DNA of 64,000 nucleotides from Bacilli bacterium (lineage in GTDB: Bacteria > Bacillota_I > Bacilli_A > RF39 > UBA660): positions 11,268 to 75,267 of the forward strand of contig JAEENX010000020.1 in assembly GCA_016283935.1 (NCBI GenBank), given 5' to 3'. Under the pieces are notes generated by a model, which did no database searches, was not told where the DNA came from, and saw only the letters and a list, made by a program, of their open reading frames with translations. Position 1 is the first letter of the stretch, and every line of letters starts with the position of its first letter. Shown in pieces: positions 27,719 through 37,644 of this stretch. The position numbers and the translations under genes were made by a program.

Positions 27719-30589
27719 TTCTTCTGTTTCAGATTCTTCTGGAGCATTTGCTCCAGTTATTCTTTCATAATCTTTAATATCTTCTTCTGTTATATTATCC
27801 ATGTCTTCTAATTCGTCAAAATATCCATAAGCGTTATATTTAACCATTCTATTTTTAACTCCTATTGCTAATGCAGCAGCAGATAATGAGTTAAATAATC
27901 CAGGAATCATTGATTGAGTTGGAACAACACCAGTAGCAGCTTCAATCTTGCTTAAATTATTAGCAAGTGCTTCAACTTCTGATAATGTAACTCCTTCAAT
28001 TTTATTGATTTCTTGAGCTAATTTAAACGCTTGATCAACAGCTTCATTTCCAACACTGATATTAGATGATGTACTAATAACTTTATCTAATCCTTCAGTT
28101 GGAGCAGTTAAATCAAATTGTGGATGATCAGTTGCATATTTTGTAACTGTATCATATACTCCTTTATAATTTGTGACAAATTGATCTTCCATAGACTTAC
28201 TTAATTCTGTTAACTTAGCCATAGCATCAGCATGAGACATAGTTCCATTTGCTACACCATCAGCTATAGTATTAATTTCAGTTTGTGAAGCTTGATATAA
28301 ATTATTGTATGTTTCATGAGCAGCATCATCTAATGCTTTATATTCAGCACCTGTAGAATGCCAATTAGTTTGATCTAATACAGCTCTTTCTAATGTATTT
28401 GTATGTGCTAAATTAGCTTCATTTATTTGAGCAATTCTTGAATCAATTACAGCACCTGATTTATTAGAAATTGCTGCACTTAATCCTTTAGCATTGCTAA
28501 CATCTTCTGATAATTTTCCAATTTGTTCTTGTTGTTCATGTATTAATTGTTTTTGTTGTTCAGTTAAATCCTTTAAATTATCTAATTCATTTGCTCTTTG
28601 AATTGTATTATATAAATTGATTCCTGATGCAACAAGAACTACAGTTCTCACTAAATCAGATACAAATGGATCTTTTTCATAATTTAATGGTTTCATTACT
28701 GGATTATGACTTCTTAATCCAACTTCTTTTTGCATAAATAAAGTATCTTCATATAATGAATTGTCAGTAAGAATCTTTTCTCTCTTAACAAATCCACCTA
28801 AAGCCATTAAATCATCATTATTTGCAACACCCTTTAGTTCTTCTTCATAAGCTCTTGCTTGTGCTTCATTGATTTCATCATTTTCTTTAGGTATTTTTCT
28901 AAATCTGAATCCAGCTTGAGACATTCCTGTTTTAAATGCTCTTATAGATTCACTATAACCTTTAGCTCCACCAACTTCATAATCTAACTTTTCTTTAGAT
29001 AAATCTAAATATTCTTTTATTAAAGCTGATTTTCCATAAATTAAAGCTTGATATTCTTCCATTAGTGACATTGATTCAGCTTCAGATAATTCACTAGACT
29101 TATATGTTTTAGTTATTTCAGTCATACGTTTGAAATCTTTAAGTATAGTATTATAAATAGATACCATTCTTGAAGTAATTTTTTTAGTTTTCTTTTTAAT
29201 CCATCCATTGATTCTGGCTTGAATCATTGTATTTACTATAGGCATCTTATTATAATTCTTTAAGTTACCGCCTTTATATTGTTCATATAAAAGAGTAAGT
29301 TCATCTTCAGATAAGTTTTTTAATCTATCTTGTAATTGTTTAACTCTAGCATCAATCTTTTTATTATATGCAACTTTTCCAATTCCTTTATGAATTAATT
29401 GGAATGGATAACTAATAACACTTGGTGCTAAAGCAACGATATTATATAATTTATTTCCTGTACAAACTTTGTTTTTAAAGTTTTGATTTACTCTTATATT
29501 AGATGCTGTAAATTTCCAGTCATCTCCTTTTTCAAAATCAAGACCTTTAGTTAAATCTGCAAGGATTCTATCTATATTTAGAATTTCTCCATCTTCTTTT
29601 TCTATTAATTTAGTTTCAGATGGTGCATCAAATGATGCTTTTGGGACACGTTTTGCCCTTTTAGGAGGTTCAACATCTTTTTCTGCTGGTTTATCAGGAA
29701 CAGATGCAGCAATTTCTGCTTCTTTTTCCTTTTGTTTAACTTCTTCGTCCTTTTTAGCTTTCTTTTGATTTAAAGCATATGCAATAACAGTATCAGCAAA
29801 TGTATCTTCATTTATATTTTTAATTTCTTTACCATTTATTTTTACATTAAATGGTTTCTTTACTAATTCGTCATATGACATGTTTAAGTTTTTAGATACA
29901 TTTTCAATATAATTAATAAAGAAATAATCTATATCTTCTTTAGTTACAGAATCTAAATCAAATAATTCTGGTTTTTCTAACTTAATATTATCATATGAAG
30001 ACATAATAGAAACATTTTCATTTGTAATATTAATATCAAATTCAATTGGTTTTTCTTTTAATGCACTTTTGGCTTCAGTAGCAATTGTTTTAACATCTTT
30101 AAATACATCTACATTTCCTTTAATAAAGTCAACATATCTATCATTGCTATGTTCGTATCCAGTTAAAGCAGCTTGCATAGATTTTAAACCTTTAAAGTAT
30201 TCTTCATACATTTCTACAAAAGGTAAAATTACAAGCAATTCATCTTTTATTGATTTTCTTTCTTCTTTATCTTCAACTGTCTTAATTCTTTTAGCTAGTT
30301 CTACTAATCTAGCTCGTGCATCATTGTAAGTTTTTCCAATTGCATTTAAATATAATAATTCACTTTTAATATCTCTAGAAATATGTTCTTTTTGTTCTTT
30401 AGTATATAGAAAATGAATATTTTCTATATTAGTTTTATTACCTTGAACTGAAGATATTTGATTATCAAATCTTTCTTCTTCATCTAATAAATCTTGATTA
30501 CGAGCTACTGCAACTCTTCTAAATACAGAGATTTGATTAGATAAATCAATTATTTGTTTTCTAAATTGTTCACTTGTTGCGTCAAACAT
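27701..30589 (-). CDS. Large hypothetical, predominantly alpha-helical/coiled-coil protein (962 aa)
   Basis: The AGGAGGG SD overlaps the stop of the upstream DUF1292 gene. No signal peptide. It has a central K/E/P-rich low-complexity segment and a short hydrophobic stretch near the C-terminus (IPGLFNSLSAAALAIGV). No family recognised. Confidence 0.7.
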   Translation of the reverse strand: MFDATSEQFRKQIIDLSNQISVFRRVAVARNQDLLDEEERFDNQISSVQGNKTNIENIHFLYTKEQKEHISRDIKSELLYLNAIGKTYNDARARLVELAKRIKTVEDKEERKSIKDELLVILPFVEMYEEYFKGLKSMQAALTGYEHSNDRYVDFIKGNVDVFKDVKTIATEAKSALKEKPIEFDINITNENVSIMSSYDNIKLEKPELFDLDSVTKEDIDYFFINYIENVSKNLNMSYDELVKKPFNVKINGKEIKNINEDTFADTVIAYALNQKKAKKDEEVKQKEKEAEIAASVPDKPAEKDVEPPKRAKRVPKASFDAPSETKLIEKEDGEILNIDRILADLTKGLDFEKGDDWKFTASNIRVNQNFKNKVCTGNKLYNIVALAPSVISYPFQLIHKGIGKVAYNKKIDARVKQLQDRLKNLSEDELTLLYEQYKGGNLKNYNKMPIVNTMIQARINGWIKKKTKKITSRMVSIYNTILKDFKRMTEITKTYKSSELSEAESMSLMEEYQALIYGKSALIKEYLDLSKEKLDYEVGGAKGYSESIRAFKTGMSQAGFRFRKIPKENDEINEAQARAYEEELKGVANNDDLMALGGFVKREKILTDNSLYEDTLFMQKEVGLRSHNPVMKPLNYEKDPFVSDLVRTVVLVASGINLYNTIQRANELDNLKDLTEQQKQLIHEQQEQIGKLSEDVSNAKGLSAAISNKSGAVIDSRIAQINEANLAHTNTLERAVLDQTNWHSTGAEYKALDDAAHETYNNLYQASQTEINTIADGVANGTMSHADAMAKLTELSKSMEDQFVTNYKGVYDTVTKYATDHPQFDLTAPTEGLDKVISTSSNISVGNEAVDQAFKLAQEINKIEGVTLSEVEALANNLSKIEAATGVVPTQSMIPGLFNSLSAAALAIGVKNRMVKYNAYGYFDELEDMDNITEEDIKDYERITGANAPEESETEEKGRTK

Positions 30590-30600
30590 AATAAACCCTC

Positions 30601-30864
30601 CTATACTTCGCCATTTTTAATGGAATTTAATACTTCTGAAACCATATTCCATTCTGCATCAGTTTCAATGTCTTCCATTTCTACTTTTTCTGCAAATGGA
30701 TCATATGATTTTACATATATATTTTCATTCCCATCTTCATCAGTAGAATGATCAGTAAATGCAACATAATTTCTACCATTTTCATTGCAAGTAAAGTCAA
30801 ATACTACATCGCATTCTACTTCTTTTCCGTCTTTTGAAATAGTTAACTTATCTTCTAGTAACAT
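30601..30864 (-). CDS. DUF1292 family small acidic protein
   Basis: 87 aa. The pattern ...GKEVECDVVFDF...GRNYVAFTD...ENIYVKSYDP is typical of Firmicutes DUF1292 (YrzB-like) proteins. Confidence 0.7.
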   Translation of the reverse strand: MLLEDKLTISKDGKEVECDVVFDFTCNENGRNYVAFTDHSTDEDGNENIYVKSYDPFAEKVEMEDIETDAEWNMVSEVLNSIKNGEV

Positions 30865-30902
30865 ACTAACACCACCTTATTAATATTATAGTATCATAAA
30901 GA

Positions 30903-31445
30903 TTATACGCTCATTAATTCTTCTTCTTTTTCTTTTACTTTTTCATCTACAACTTTGTTGTATTTATTAATTAATTCTTGAATATCTTCTTCTGAAGATT
31001 TCTTTTGGTCTTCAGTTAATTCTTCAGACTTTTTAATTGAGTTCATTGCATCAGCTCTTGCATTTCTTAATGCTACCTTACAATCTTCTCCCATTTCTTT
31101 AACTTGTTTAACATATGTTCTTCTAGTATCTTCTGTCATTTGAGGAATAGTTAAGATAATCATTTCACCATTATTAGTTGGAGCAATTCCTAAATTTGCT
31201 TCATTGATAGCATGTTCAATATCTTTAATAATTGATTTATCAAATGGTTTAATCATTAATTGTCTTGCTTCTGGTACAGTTATATTTGCAACTTGATTTA
31301 ATGCAGTTGGTACTCCATAGTATTCAACTTTAATTCCATTAAGCATTGCTGGATTTGCTCTACCTGCTCTAACAGTAACTAGTCTTTTTTCTAAATTTTC
31401 AATTGCTGACATCATATTCATTTCAGCTTCGTCATAAAATTCCAT
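30903..31445 (-). CDS. frr: Ribosome recycling factor
   Basis: 180 aa. RAGRANPAMLNGIKVEYYG and LGIAPTNNGEMIILTIPQMTEDTR match the Frr consensus. Confidence 0.93.
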   Translation of the reverse strand: MEFYDEAEMNMMSAIENLEKRLVTVRAGRANPAMLNGIKVEYYGVPTALNQVANITVPEARQLMIKPFDKSIIKDIEHAINEANLGIAPTNNGEMIILTIPQMTEDTRRTYVKQVKEMGEDCKVALRNARADAMNSIKKSEELTEDQKKSSEEDIQELINKYNKVVDEKVKEKEEELMSV

Positions 31446-31484
31446 AACATTCTCCTTTAAATTATCTATTATTATATTGATTTT

Positions 31485-32957
31485 CTACCAAATATCAAGT
31501 GAAAATACTGTTGCAATAATTAATGCTACGACTAGTAATTCAATAATAATTACAGCTAAAGCAACACCATTTGATTTTCTCAATGACTTAGGTGGATCTT
31601 CTTGAACAGCTTCTTCTTTTTTCTTTGGAAGTAATTCATCTTCTTTATTTTCAAAATAATGTAATGCATTATATAATTCTAAATTCATTACTTCTGGTAT
31701 TCTTTCTTTCTTTACATTATTAGCTCTATCATAATCATCATACATATAATTATAGAAGTATTGTTCTAATTTCTTTTGAGATTCGCTTTCTATTGTATTA
31801 GCATTTCTATCATTAGATAGTAAATAAATATATGTTGCTAATAAATGTGTTTCTTTCTTAGTTAAGGTATTAGCATATGCTTTCTTCAATAAATTATTAA
31901 AGACATTTGAATCAAAACTAACAAATCTTTTATTATCTTCTTGATCAAATTTATCATCTTTAATACCAGTTTCATATGCATCTGGAACTATTGCAGGTTC
32001 ATCGAATGTTGGTTCTTGAACTCCTTCAAATGGTATAAAGTTGCTTTCTTGATCATTTTCAAATTCATATTCATCAATTGCTGCTAATTCTTGATATTCG
32101 TCTTCAGGATCAATAGATTCATTATTATCTTGAACACTTGATAACATAGTATCTAAGAATGTTGTTGTATCTTCTTCTTGTTTATTAAGATTTCTCATAT
32201 TCTTAGGTTCTTGTAATATTTCAATAGTTCCATCATTGGAATAATCAAATTTGAATATAGCATCTTCTATTTTGTATATTCTTTCACCGAAGCAATCAAC
32301 CGCTACATATATATGTCCATCTAGACCAAAAGATTTAACTGCATCTCTAACTTTTTGTTTTTCTTCTTGTTTAGATAACTTAGGATCTGTATTATCTTCA
32401 GATAATCTTTTGAAATTAAGTGGTACTCTAAACATATTATTCATATCATAGAATATCTCTTTTGCTGATCTACTTGGTATTTCATCTCCATGTTTTTTAA
32501 TATAATCTTGTATTTCAGTATCTGTTTTACAAACTAATATATCTACTGTATTATCATCATTTCTAATTGAAATATAATCTATTTCCTTACCATCAGATGA
32601 TTTAGTATCAATAAATTTCATTTTTTCTCTTACTTCATCATTAGCAGCAACTATATCGTTAAATGCATCTTGATTTGATTTAGTTGGATGTAATAAGTTT
32701 TCTCTTTCAATTACTTTTACATTTAATGCAGATATAACTACATCTTCATTTATAAATAAATTTTCATTAATATTATCAGATTGTAATTTTTGTAATATAT
32801 TTTCTATTTTTATAAATATTTCGTCAGGAATATCAGCTGTATTCCAAGATAGAATAATATCAGCTGCTTGTTCTGCTGTTACAATTCGATAGTTTTCATC
32901 AATAAATATTAATTCGCCTTTATCATTCGACTTAATATTATCTAAGATAGAATACAT
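31485..32957 (-). CDS. Hypothetical tail-anchored membrane protein (490 aa), acidic
   Basis: I start it at ATG 32957 (AGGTGAG SD overlapping the SEDS gene stop). It has a single C-terminal TM helix (VALAVIIIELLVVALIIATVF). No family recognised. Confidence 0.6.
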   Translation of the reverse strand: MYSILDNIKSNDKGELIFIDENYRIVTAEQAADIILSWNTADIPDEIFIKIENILQKLQSDNINENLFINEDVVISALNVKVIERENLLHPTKSNQDAFNDIVAANDEVREKMKFIDTKSSDGKEIDYISIRNDDNTVDILVCKTDTEIQDYIKKHGDEIPSRSAKEIFYDMNNMFRVPLNFKRLSEDNTDPKLSKQEEKQKVRDAVKSFGLDGHIYVAVDCFGERIYKIEDAIFKFDYSNDGTIEILQEPKNMRNLNKQEEDTTTFLDTMLSSVQDNNESIDPEDEYQELAAIDEYEFENDQESNFIPFEGVQEPTFDEPAIVPDAYETGIKDDKFDQEDNKRFVSFDSNVFNNLLKKAYANTLTKKETHLLATYIYLLSNDRNANTIESESQKKLEQYFYNYMYDDYDRANNVKKERIPEVMNLELYNALHYFENKEDELLPKKKEEAVQEDPPKSLRKSNGVALAVIIIELLVVALIIATVFSLDIW

Positions 32958-32966
32958 TGATCTCAC

Positions 32967-34115
32967 CTACGCTTTCTTACTTCTTGCTTCTTTATTTTCT
33001 ATTGCTACTCTTTGAGTCAATGATAACAATACAAATAAATTAATTACAAATGATCCACCATAAGACATGAATGGAAGTGGAACACCTGTCATTATAAATA
33101 AACCTGTTACACCAGCTAAATTAATAACTAGATGTATTAATATATAAATAAATGTTCCAAATGCTATCATTGAATTTCTTAAATTTGTAGCATTTCTTGC
33201 AATAGTCAATATTGAGAATAGTAATAATAAGTATCCAAAGAATAAAATTCCTACACCTATTAATCCAAATTCTTCTACTATAATTGGGAATATAAAGTCT
33301 GTATATGATTCAGGTAAATATAAATTCTTTTGCTTACTATTACCTAATCCTAAGCCATATAATCCACCATTATTTATTGCAATATAACTATTACATACTT
33401 GGTATCCTGTTTTCTCTAAATATCTAGAACATGGTTTTCTAAAATCAAATCTTGATACTTGAGCAGGAGTCATTATTTTATTCAAACTATTAGTAGAATA
33501 CAAAATAAATAATATTGCTGCACCAATTGCCATTAATATATATATTAATCGCATTACTTTACCTTTTTTAATTGGTAATTCAACAAATAACATAAATGTT
33601 ATTCCTGCTGCTATAATTGCTGTACCTAAGTCAGGTTCAATCATTATAAGTGCAACACATATAATTGGTATTACTAATGGTTTTAATAAATCATTTTCAT
33701 TATCCCATTTTTTCTTATCTCCATATATGGTAGCCATATATAGAATTATTAATGTTTTAACAAATTCAGATGATTGAAAATTTATTATTCCTAAATCCAA
33801 CCATGATTTCGCACCATTATGTTCTGTACCAAATAAAAATACTAATGCAAGTAATCCTATCATTACAAATGGGAATAAAAAGCTTAATCTAGAATATGTT
33901 TTAGTTGGTGTAGATATAATAAATAAAGACACCAATAACATACCTAATTCTACAGCACCTTGTCTTATAACGAAGAAATAGCTTGGATTCTTATAAACTA
34001 GAACTGCAGCTACTGTAGATGATGAAAATATCATTACTAATCCAAATAAGAATAATAGTAAACTAGTTACAAGTAATAATTTATCAGTTTTAATTAAATT
34101 ACTCCTTAACTTCAT
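32967..34115 (-). CDS. SEDS family peptidoglycan polymerase (FtsW/RodA)
   Basis: About 10 TM helices, with the LYLPESYTDFIFPIIVEEFG and GVPLPFMSYGGS motifs. I start it at ATG 34115 with an AGGTGAG SD. Confidence 0.88.
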   Translation of the reverse strand: MKLRSNLIKTDKLLLVTSLLLFLFGLVMIFSSSTVAAVLVYKNPSYFFVIRQGAVELGMLLVSLFIISTPTKTYSRLSFLFPFVMIGLLALVFLFGTEHNGAKSWLDLGIINFQSSEFVKTLIILYMATIYGDKKKWDNENDLLKPLVIPIICVALIMIEPDLGTAIIAAGITFMLFVELPIKKGKVMRLIYILMAIGAAILFILYSTNSLNKIMTPAQVSRFDFRKPCSRYLEKTGYQVCNSYIAINNGGLYGLGLGNSKQKNLYLPESYTDFIFPIIVEEFGLIGVGILFFGYLLLLFSILTIARNATNLRNSMIAFGTFIYILIHLVINLAGVTGLFIMTGVPLPFMSYGGSFVINLFVLLSLTQRVAIENKEARSKKA

Positions 34116-34142
34116 ATTCTCACCTATACTACATTTTACCAC

Positions 34143-34172
34143 AAAAAAAACATATATTAAATATATGTTTTT
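34143..34172 (-). terminator. Intrinsic terminator after the TM2-domain gene
   Basis: AAAACATATAT (34147-34157) pairs with ATATATGTTTT (34161-34171), followed by a U-tract on the minus strand. Confidence 0.55.
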
Positions 34173-34190
34173 ATATTTTCACTAAAAAAA

Positions 34191-34565
34191 TTAGTCTTTT
34201 AATGGTACACCATTAGCATCAGTTTTAACTGAACCAGTTAAAATCATAATACCATCAATAAAAGGCCAGATACCACCAATACCACAAGTAAAGATAGTAA
34301 CTAAAATTTGAGCAACTGCCATACCACTATATCCTAGGTAGAATCTACCAACACCAAATCCACCTAAGAATAATTGAAGTAATCCTGCAACCATTTTAGA
34401 TTTTTGTTCAACTCCACCAGCATATGGTTGTTGGAATTGTTGTTGTTGGAAGTTTGGTTGAGCTTGAGTTTGTGCTCCTCCAATTGGTGCTCCACATGAA
34501 GTACAATTATTTTGTCCTTCTTCTACTGGTGCTCCACAACTAGTACAAAATTTAGCCATATTCAT
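34191..34565 (-). CDS. Zinc-ribbon plus TM2 domain membrane protein
   Basis: Duplicated CTSCGAP zinc-ribbon knuckles, a Q-rich linker, and a TM2-type two-helix domain (GLLQLFLGGFGVGRFYLG...). TGCTATAAT box at 34588-34596. Confidence 0.7.
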   Translation of the reverse strand: MNMAKFCTSCGAPVEEGQNNCTSCGAPIGGAQTQAQPNFQQQQFQQPYAGGVEQKSKMVAGLLQLFLGGFGVGRFYLGYSGMAVAQILVTIFTCGIGGIWPFIDGIMILTGSVKTDANGVPLKD

Positions 34566-34604
34566 TCTCCTTCCATAATCTATAATTATTATAGCAAACT
34601 CTTA

Positions 34605-35519
34605 TTACTTTTTAAATAATTTATTTGATCTATCTATCAAATTATTTAAGAAACTTGTTAATAGAACTGCAATAAATGGTGCTAAGATTGGATTTACAAA
34701 GTAAAACGCAAATGTTAGTGCCCCCACAACAATTCCAAATATTCTCATTCCTAGTATTGTATAACTTGATGTAACATAATCTGTAGCAACAAAAGTAAAT
34801 ATAAATATATATCCATATTGGAAGAATACATTTCCAATATTTACATTTGCAAACATGCAATAAACAGAAAATAAGAATAAACTTGTAATCATAGATAATA
34901 TACCAATACTAGTTTTAGTATTATTTGTAACACTTAATAAGACAAATACTAATAAGTTTATCAAGATATTAGTAGATGCTATTCCACCTACATTTTTACC
35001 AATTATATAATCTAATATATTATATTCAAATAATTTATTTGATTCATATATATTCATATAATCAAAGTTTTTTAATACTAGAGTTTGTATAGCATATATT
35101 GTAATAAAAATTACACACATTATATTTACTCTATTTTTAAAGAACTTTGATACCATCAATAATCCAAATACAGATAAGAAGAATACTAACACATTAGTAT
35201 TAATACTAACTAAACATCCTAATATTATTCCATATTCAATATGAAATGAAGAAAATAATATTTCTCTTATAGTAGGATTATTATTATTTTTTTTATTAAA
35301 TATTAATTCATATATTACATTAACCATTGCACCTATAAATGCACCACCAAATATAAATATAAGTGGTCTAAATAGTCCATATAAATTAGTATATTTATTT
35401 ATATACAAGAATAAACCATTTTTATATACACCATATAGAATCATTGGTAAAAGCAATAATATTCTAGTTATTGAGATTTGATATATATTCTTTTTACTTC
35501 TAACATATACATTATTCAT
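34605..35519 (-). CDS. RnfD/NqrB-like polytopic membrane protein (degenerate)
   Basis: About 8-9 TM helices. The N-terminal ...ITRILLLLPMILYGVYKNG and mid-protein GKNVGGIASTN resemble RnfD, but I do not see the (S/T)GATPL FMN-attachment motif. I start it at ATG 35519, 8 nt after GGAGGT. Confidence 0.45.
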   Translation of the reverse strand: MNNVYVRSKKNIYQISITRILLLLPMILYGVYKNGLFLYINKYTNLYGLFRPLIFIFGGAFIGAMVNVIYELIFNKKNNNNPTIREILFSSFHIEYGIILGCLVSINTNVLVFFLSVFGLLMVSKFFKNRVNIMCVIFITIYAIQTLVLKNFDYMNIYESNKLFEYNILDYIIGKNVGGIASTNILINLLVFVLLSVTNNTKTSIGILSMITSLFLFSVYCMFANVNIGNVFFQYGYIFIFTFVATDYVTSSYTILGMRIFGIVVGALTFAFYFVNPILAPFIAVLLTSFLNNLIDRSNKLFKK

Positions 35520-36681
35520 TTTCATTACCTCCTAAATATTTTTTAAAATTAATATTAGCAGGACATAAATATGTACATAATCCGCAGTGAATACACTTTG
35601 ATTTGTCGGCTTTTTTATGTTCTTTTAAATATTTAGGATTTAAACCTGCAGGACATTTTAAATTACACAAGCCACATTGAATACATTTAGTTTCTTTTTG
35701 TTTATCTGCAGTATTTAAAAATATACTTCTAATGTCAGGAGTAATTATATTATTTAATGTTGTTAATGTTTTACCAGCTAATAATCCATTTATTATTACA
35801 TAATAATTATCATCTGTAACAGTTACAGAATTTTTGATAATATCAGCCATTGAAGTACCTATTTTTACTTTTACAACTTTTGGATTTTCTACAGCATTTC
35901 CAGCTATAGTAATAAGTTTTTCAGTTATAGGTTTCTTTCTTTTTAATACATTATAAATGTTATATATATCTTCTACAGTTAAGTAGTTAACTCCACTCTT
36001 CTCTTGTTTTTTTGATACAGTATTTTTTAATAATATAGATTCAAATCCAATTGGATAAATATCAGGAACTAATTTTAATTTAATATTTGGATATGTACCA
36101 ATATTATTTATCAAATTAATAACATTTAAATTATCAGCATTATTAATTGCTAATATAGTTTCTTCACATCCTAATATTGATGCTAAAGCATCTATAGTTT
36201 CAAGGATTTTATCAGAATATGTATTTATAATATATGATGAAGTATGCTCAAACGGATCTTTATCAATACCATTAATTACAAGTGTTTTAGCACCATATAT
36301 TAGTTTTCTATCTATTGCATTAAACTTAACTATTAAATCATTAATTTGATCTTTGCTATATTCATTTATATATTTTGTAGCTGGAGTTTTCTTCTTCAAG
36401 CTTTCTTTAAAATCATTTTCAATTACTATACATTCTAAATCTTTATTATTTAACTTCATAGAAGTTGTTTTTCCAAGTATTTTTCCTGAAACAGGACTAT
36501 ATATTTTAACATTATCTTTTGATAATAATACTTGTTCCATATATACAAATGCACCTGTTTTAACATTAAGTTCAAAACCAGGTTCAATTGGTATATATAC
36601 ATGATCAGGATTTAAAAACTCATGTATATCTTTATCAAAAATAACATTCATACTTTCTGGTATAGTTATTTTGTTATTCAT
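35512..36681 (-). CDS. RnfC-like iron-sulfur protein (barrel-sandwich N-domain plus 2x[4Fe-4S] C-terminus)
   Basis: C-terminal CIQCGLCNLKCP and CIHCGLCTYLCP. The N-terminal PIEPGFELNVKTGAFVYMEQVL...SPVSGKILG resembles RnfC_N. The usual ECEP and nucleotide-binding glycine motifs are not evident. I start it at ATG 36681 after AGGTGAT. Confidence 0.55.
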   Translation of the reverse strand: MNNKITIPESMNVIFDKDIHEFLNPDHVYIPIEPGFELNVKTGAFVYMEQVLLSKDNVKIYSPVSGKILGKTTSMKLNNKDLECIVIENDFKESLKKKTPATKYINEYSKDQINDLIVKFNAIDRKLIYGAKTLVINGIDKDPFEHTSSYIINTYSDKILETIDALASILGCEETILAINNADNLNVINLINNIGTYPNIKLKLVPDIYPIGFESILLKNTVSKKQEKSGVNYLTVEDIYNIYNVLKRKKPITEKLITIAGNAVENPKVVKVKIGTSMADIIKNSVTVTDDNYYVIINGLLAGKTLTTLNNIITPDIRSIFLNTADKQKETKCIQCGLCNLKCPAGLNPKYLKEHKKADKSKCIHCGLCTYLCPANINFKKYLGGNENE

Positions 36682-36693
36682 AGTTATCACCTA

Positions 36694-37587
36694 TTATTTA
36701 CTATAATATTTTATTACATCATTATATAAGTTAGGATTAAATTCTTTTGATCTAATCATTTCTATTTCTTGTTTATATGGAGCATATTCTTTATCTACAT
36801 ATGGAGTTTCTAATATTTTAGGAACATTAGAAAGACGCTCATTATAAATAACATTTATAAGATTATCAAAGCCAATTGCACCATATCCTAAGTTTTCATG
36901 TCTATCTTTATGAGATCCTATTGGATTTTTACTATCATTTACGTGTACGCATCCAATTTTATTAACGCCTATTGATTTATCAAACTCATCTAAATATTCA
37001 TCAAATTTAGAAATATCTATTCCAGAATCAGATAAATGACATGTATCTAGACATACTCCTACTTTATCTTTTAATTCTATTCCATTTAATAAATATGACA
37101 TTTCTTCTAGATTAATACCTAATTCAGTACCTTTTCCAGCCATTGTTTCTAATAATACAATTGTAGTATCATCTTTAACTAAAATATTATTAAGGCCTCT
37201 TATTATATTATCCATAGCTTCAGTTCTATCTAAACCAACTGCTGCTCCAGGATGTAATACCATATATTTAATACCTAAAGTTTCACATCTATCTAATTCT
37301 TGTCTAATAAAATCTTGACCAAATTTCCATTTGTCAGGATCTGTATTATTGCCTAAGTTTACTATATATGGAGCATGTACAATAACTTTATCTAATTCAA
37401 TATTATTTTCTTTCATAATATTCATAGCTTCTAATGTTAAACCATCATTTATTGCACCTCTTTGAGTATTTTGAGGAGCACCTGTATAAAACATAAAAGC
37501 TGTTGATCCATATGATAAAGCTTCTTTTACTGATCCAACTAGTTGAGTATCATTTTTATATGATACATGACTTCCAATATATAACAT
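36694..37587 (-). CDS. nfo: Endonuclease IV (AP endonuclease)
   Basis: The motifs HAPYIVNL, VLHPGA, CLDTCH and HVNDS. I start it at ATG 37587 after GGTGAT. Confidence 0.9.
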   Translation of the reverse strand: MLYIGSHVSYKNDTQLVGSVKEALSYGSTAFMFYTGAPQNTQRGAINDGLTLEAMNIMKENNIELDKVIVHAPYIVNLGNNTDPDKWKFGQDFIRQELDRCETLGIKYMVLHPGAAVGLDRTEAMDNIIRGLNNILVKDDTTIVLLETMAGKGTELGINLEEMSYLLNGIELKDKVGVCLDTCHLSDSGIDISKFDEYLDEFDKSIGVNKIGCVHVNDSKNPIGSHKDRHENLGYGAIGFDNLINVIYNERLSNVPKILETPYVDKEYAPYKQEIEMIRSKEFNPNLYNDVIKYYSK

Positions 37588-37613
37588 ATTTATCACCATA
37601 AAAATTATAACAT

Positions 37614-37640
37614 AAAAAAAACGACTTATGTAGTCGTTTT
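37614..37640 (-). terminator. Intrinsic terminator after the 172-aa pilin gene
   Basis: ACGACT (37621-37626) pairs with AGTCGT (37632-37637), with A/T extensions and U8 on the minus strand. Confidence 0.7.
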
Positions 37641-37644
37641 AATA

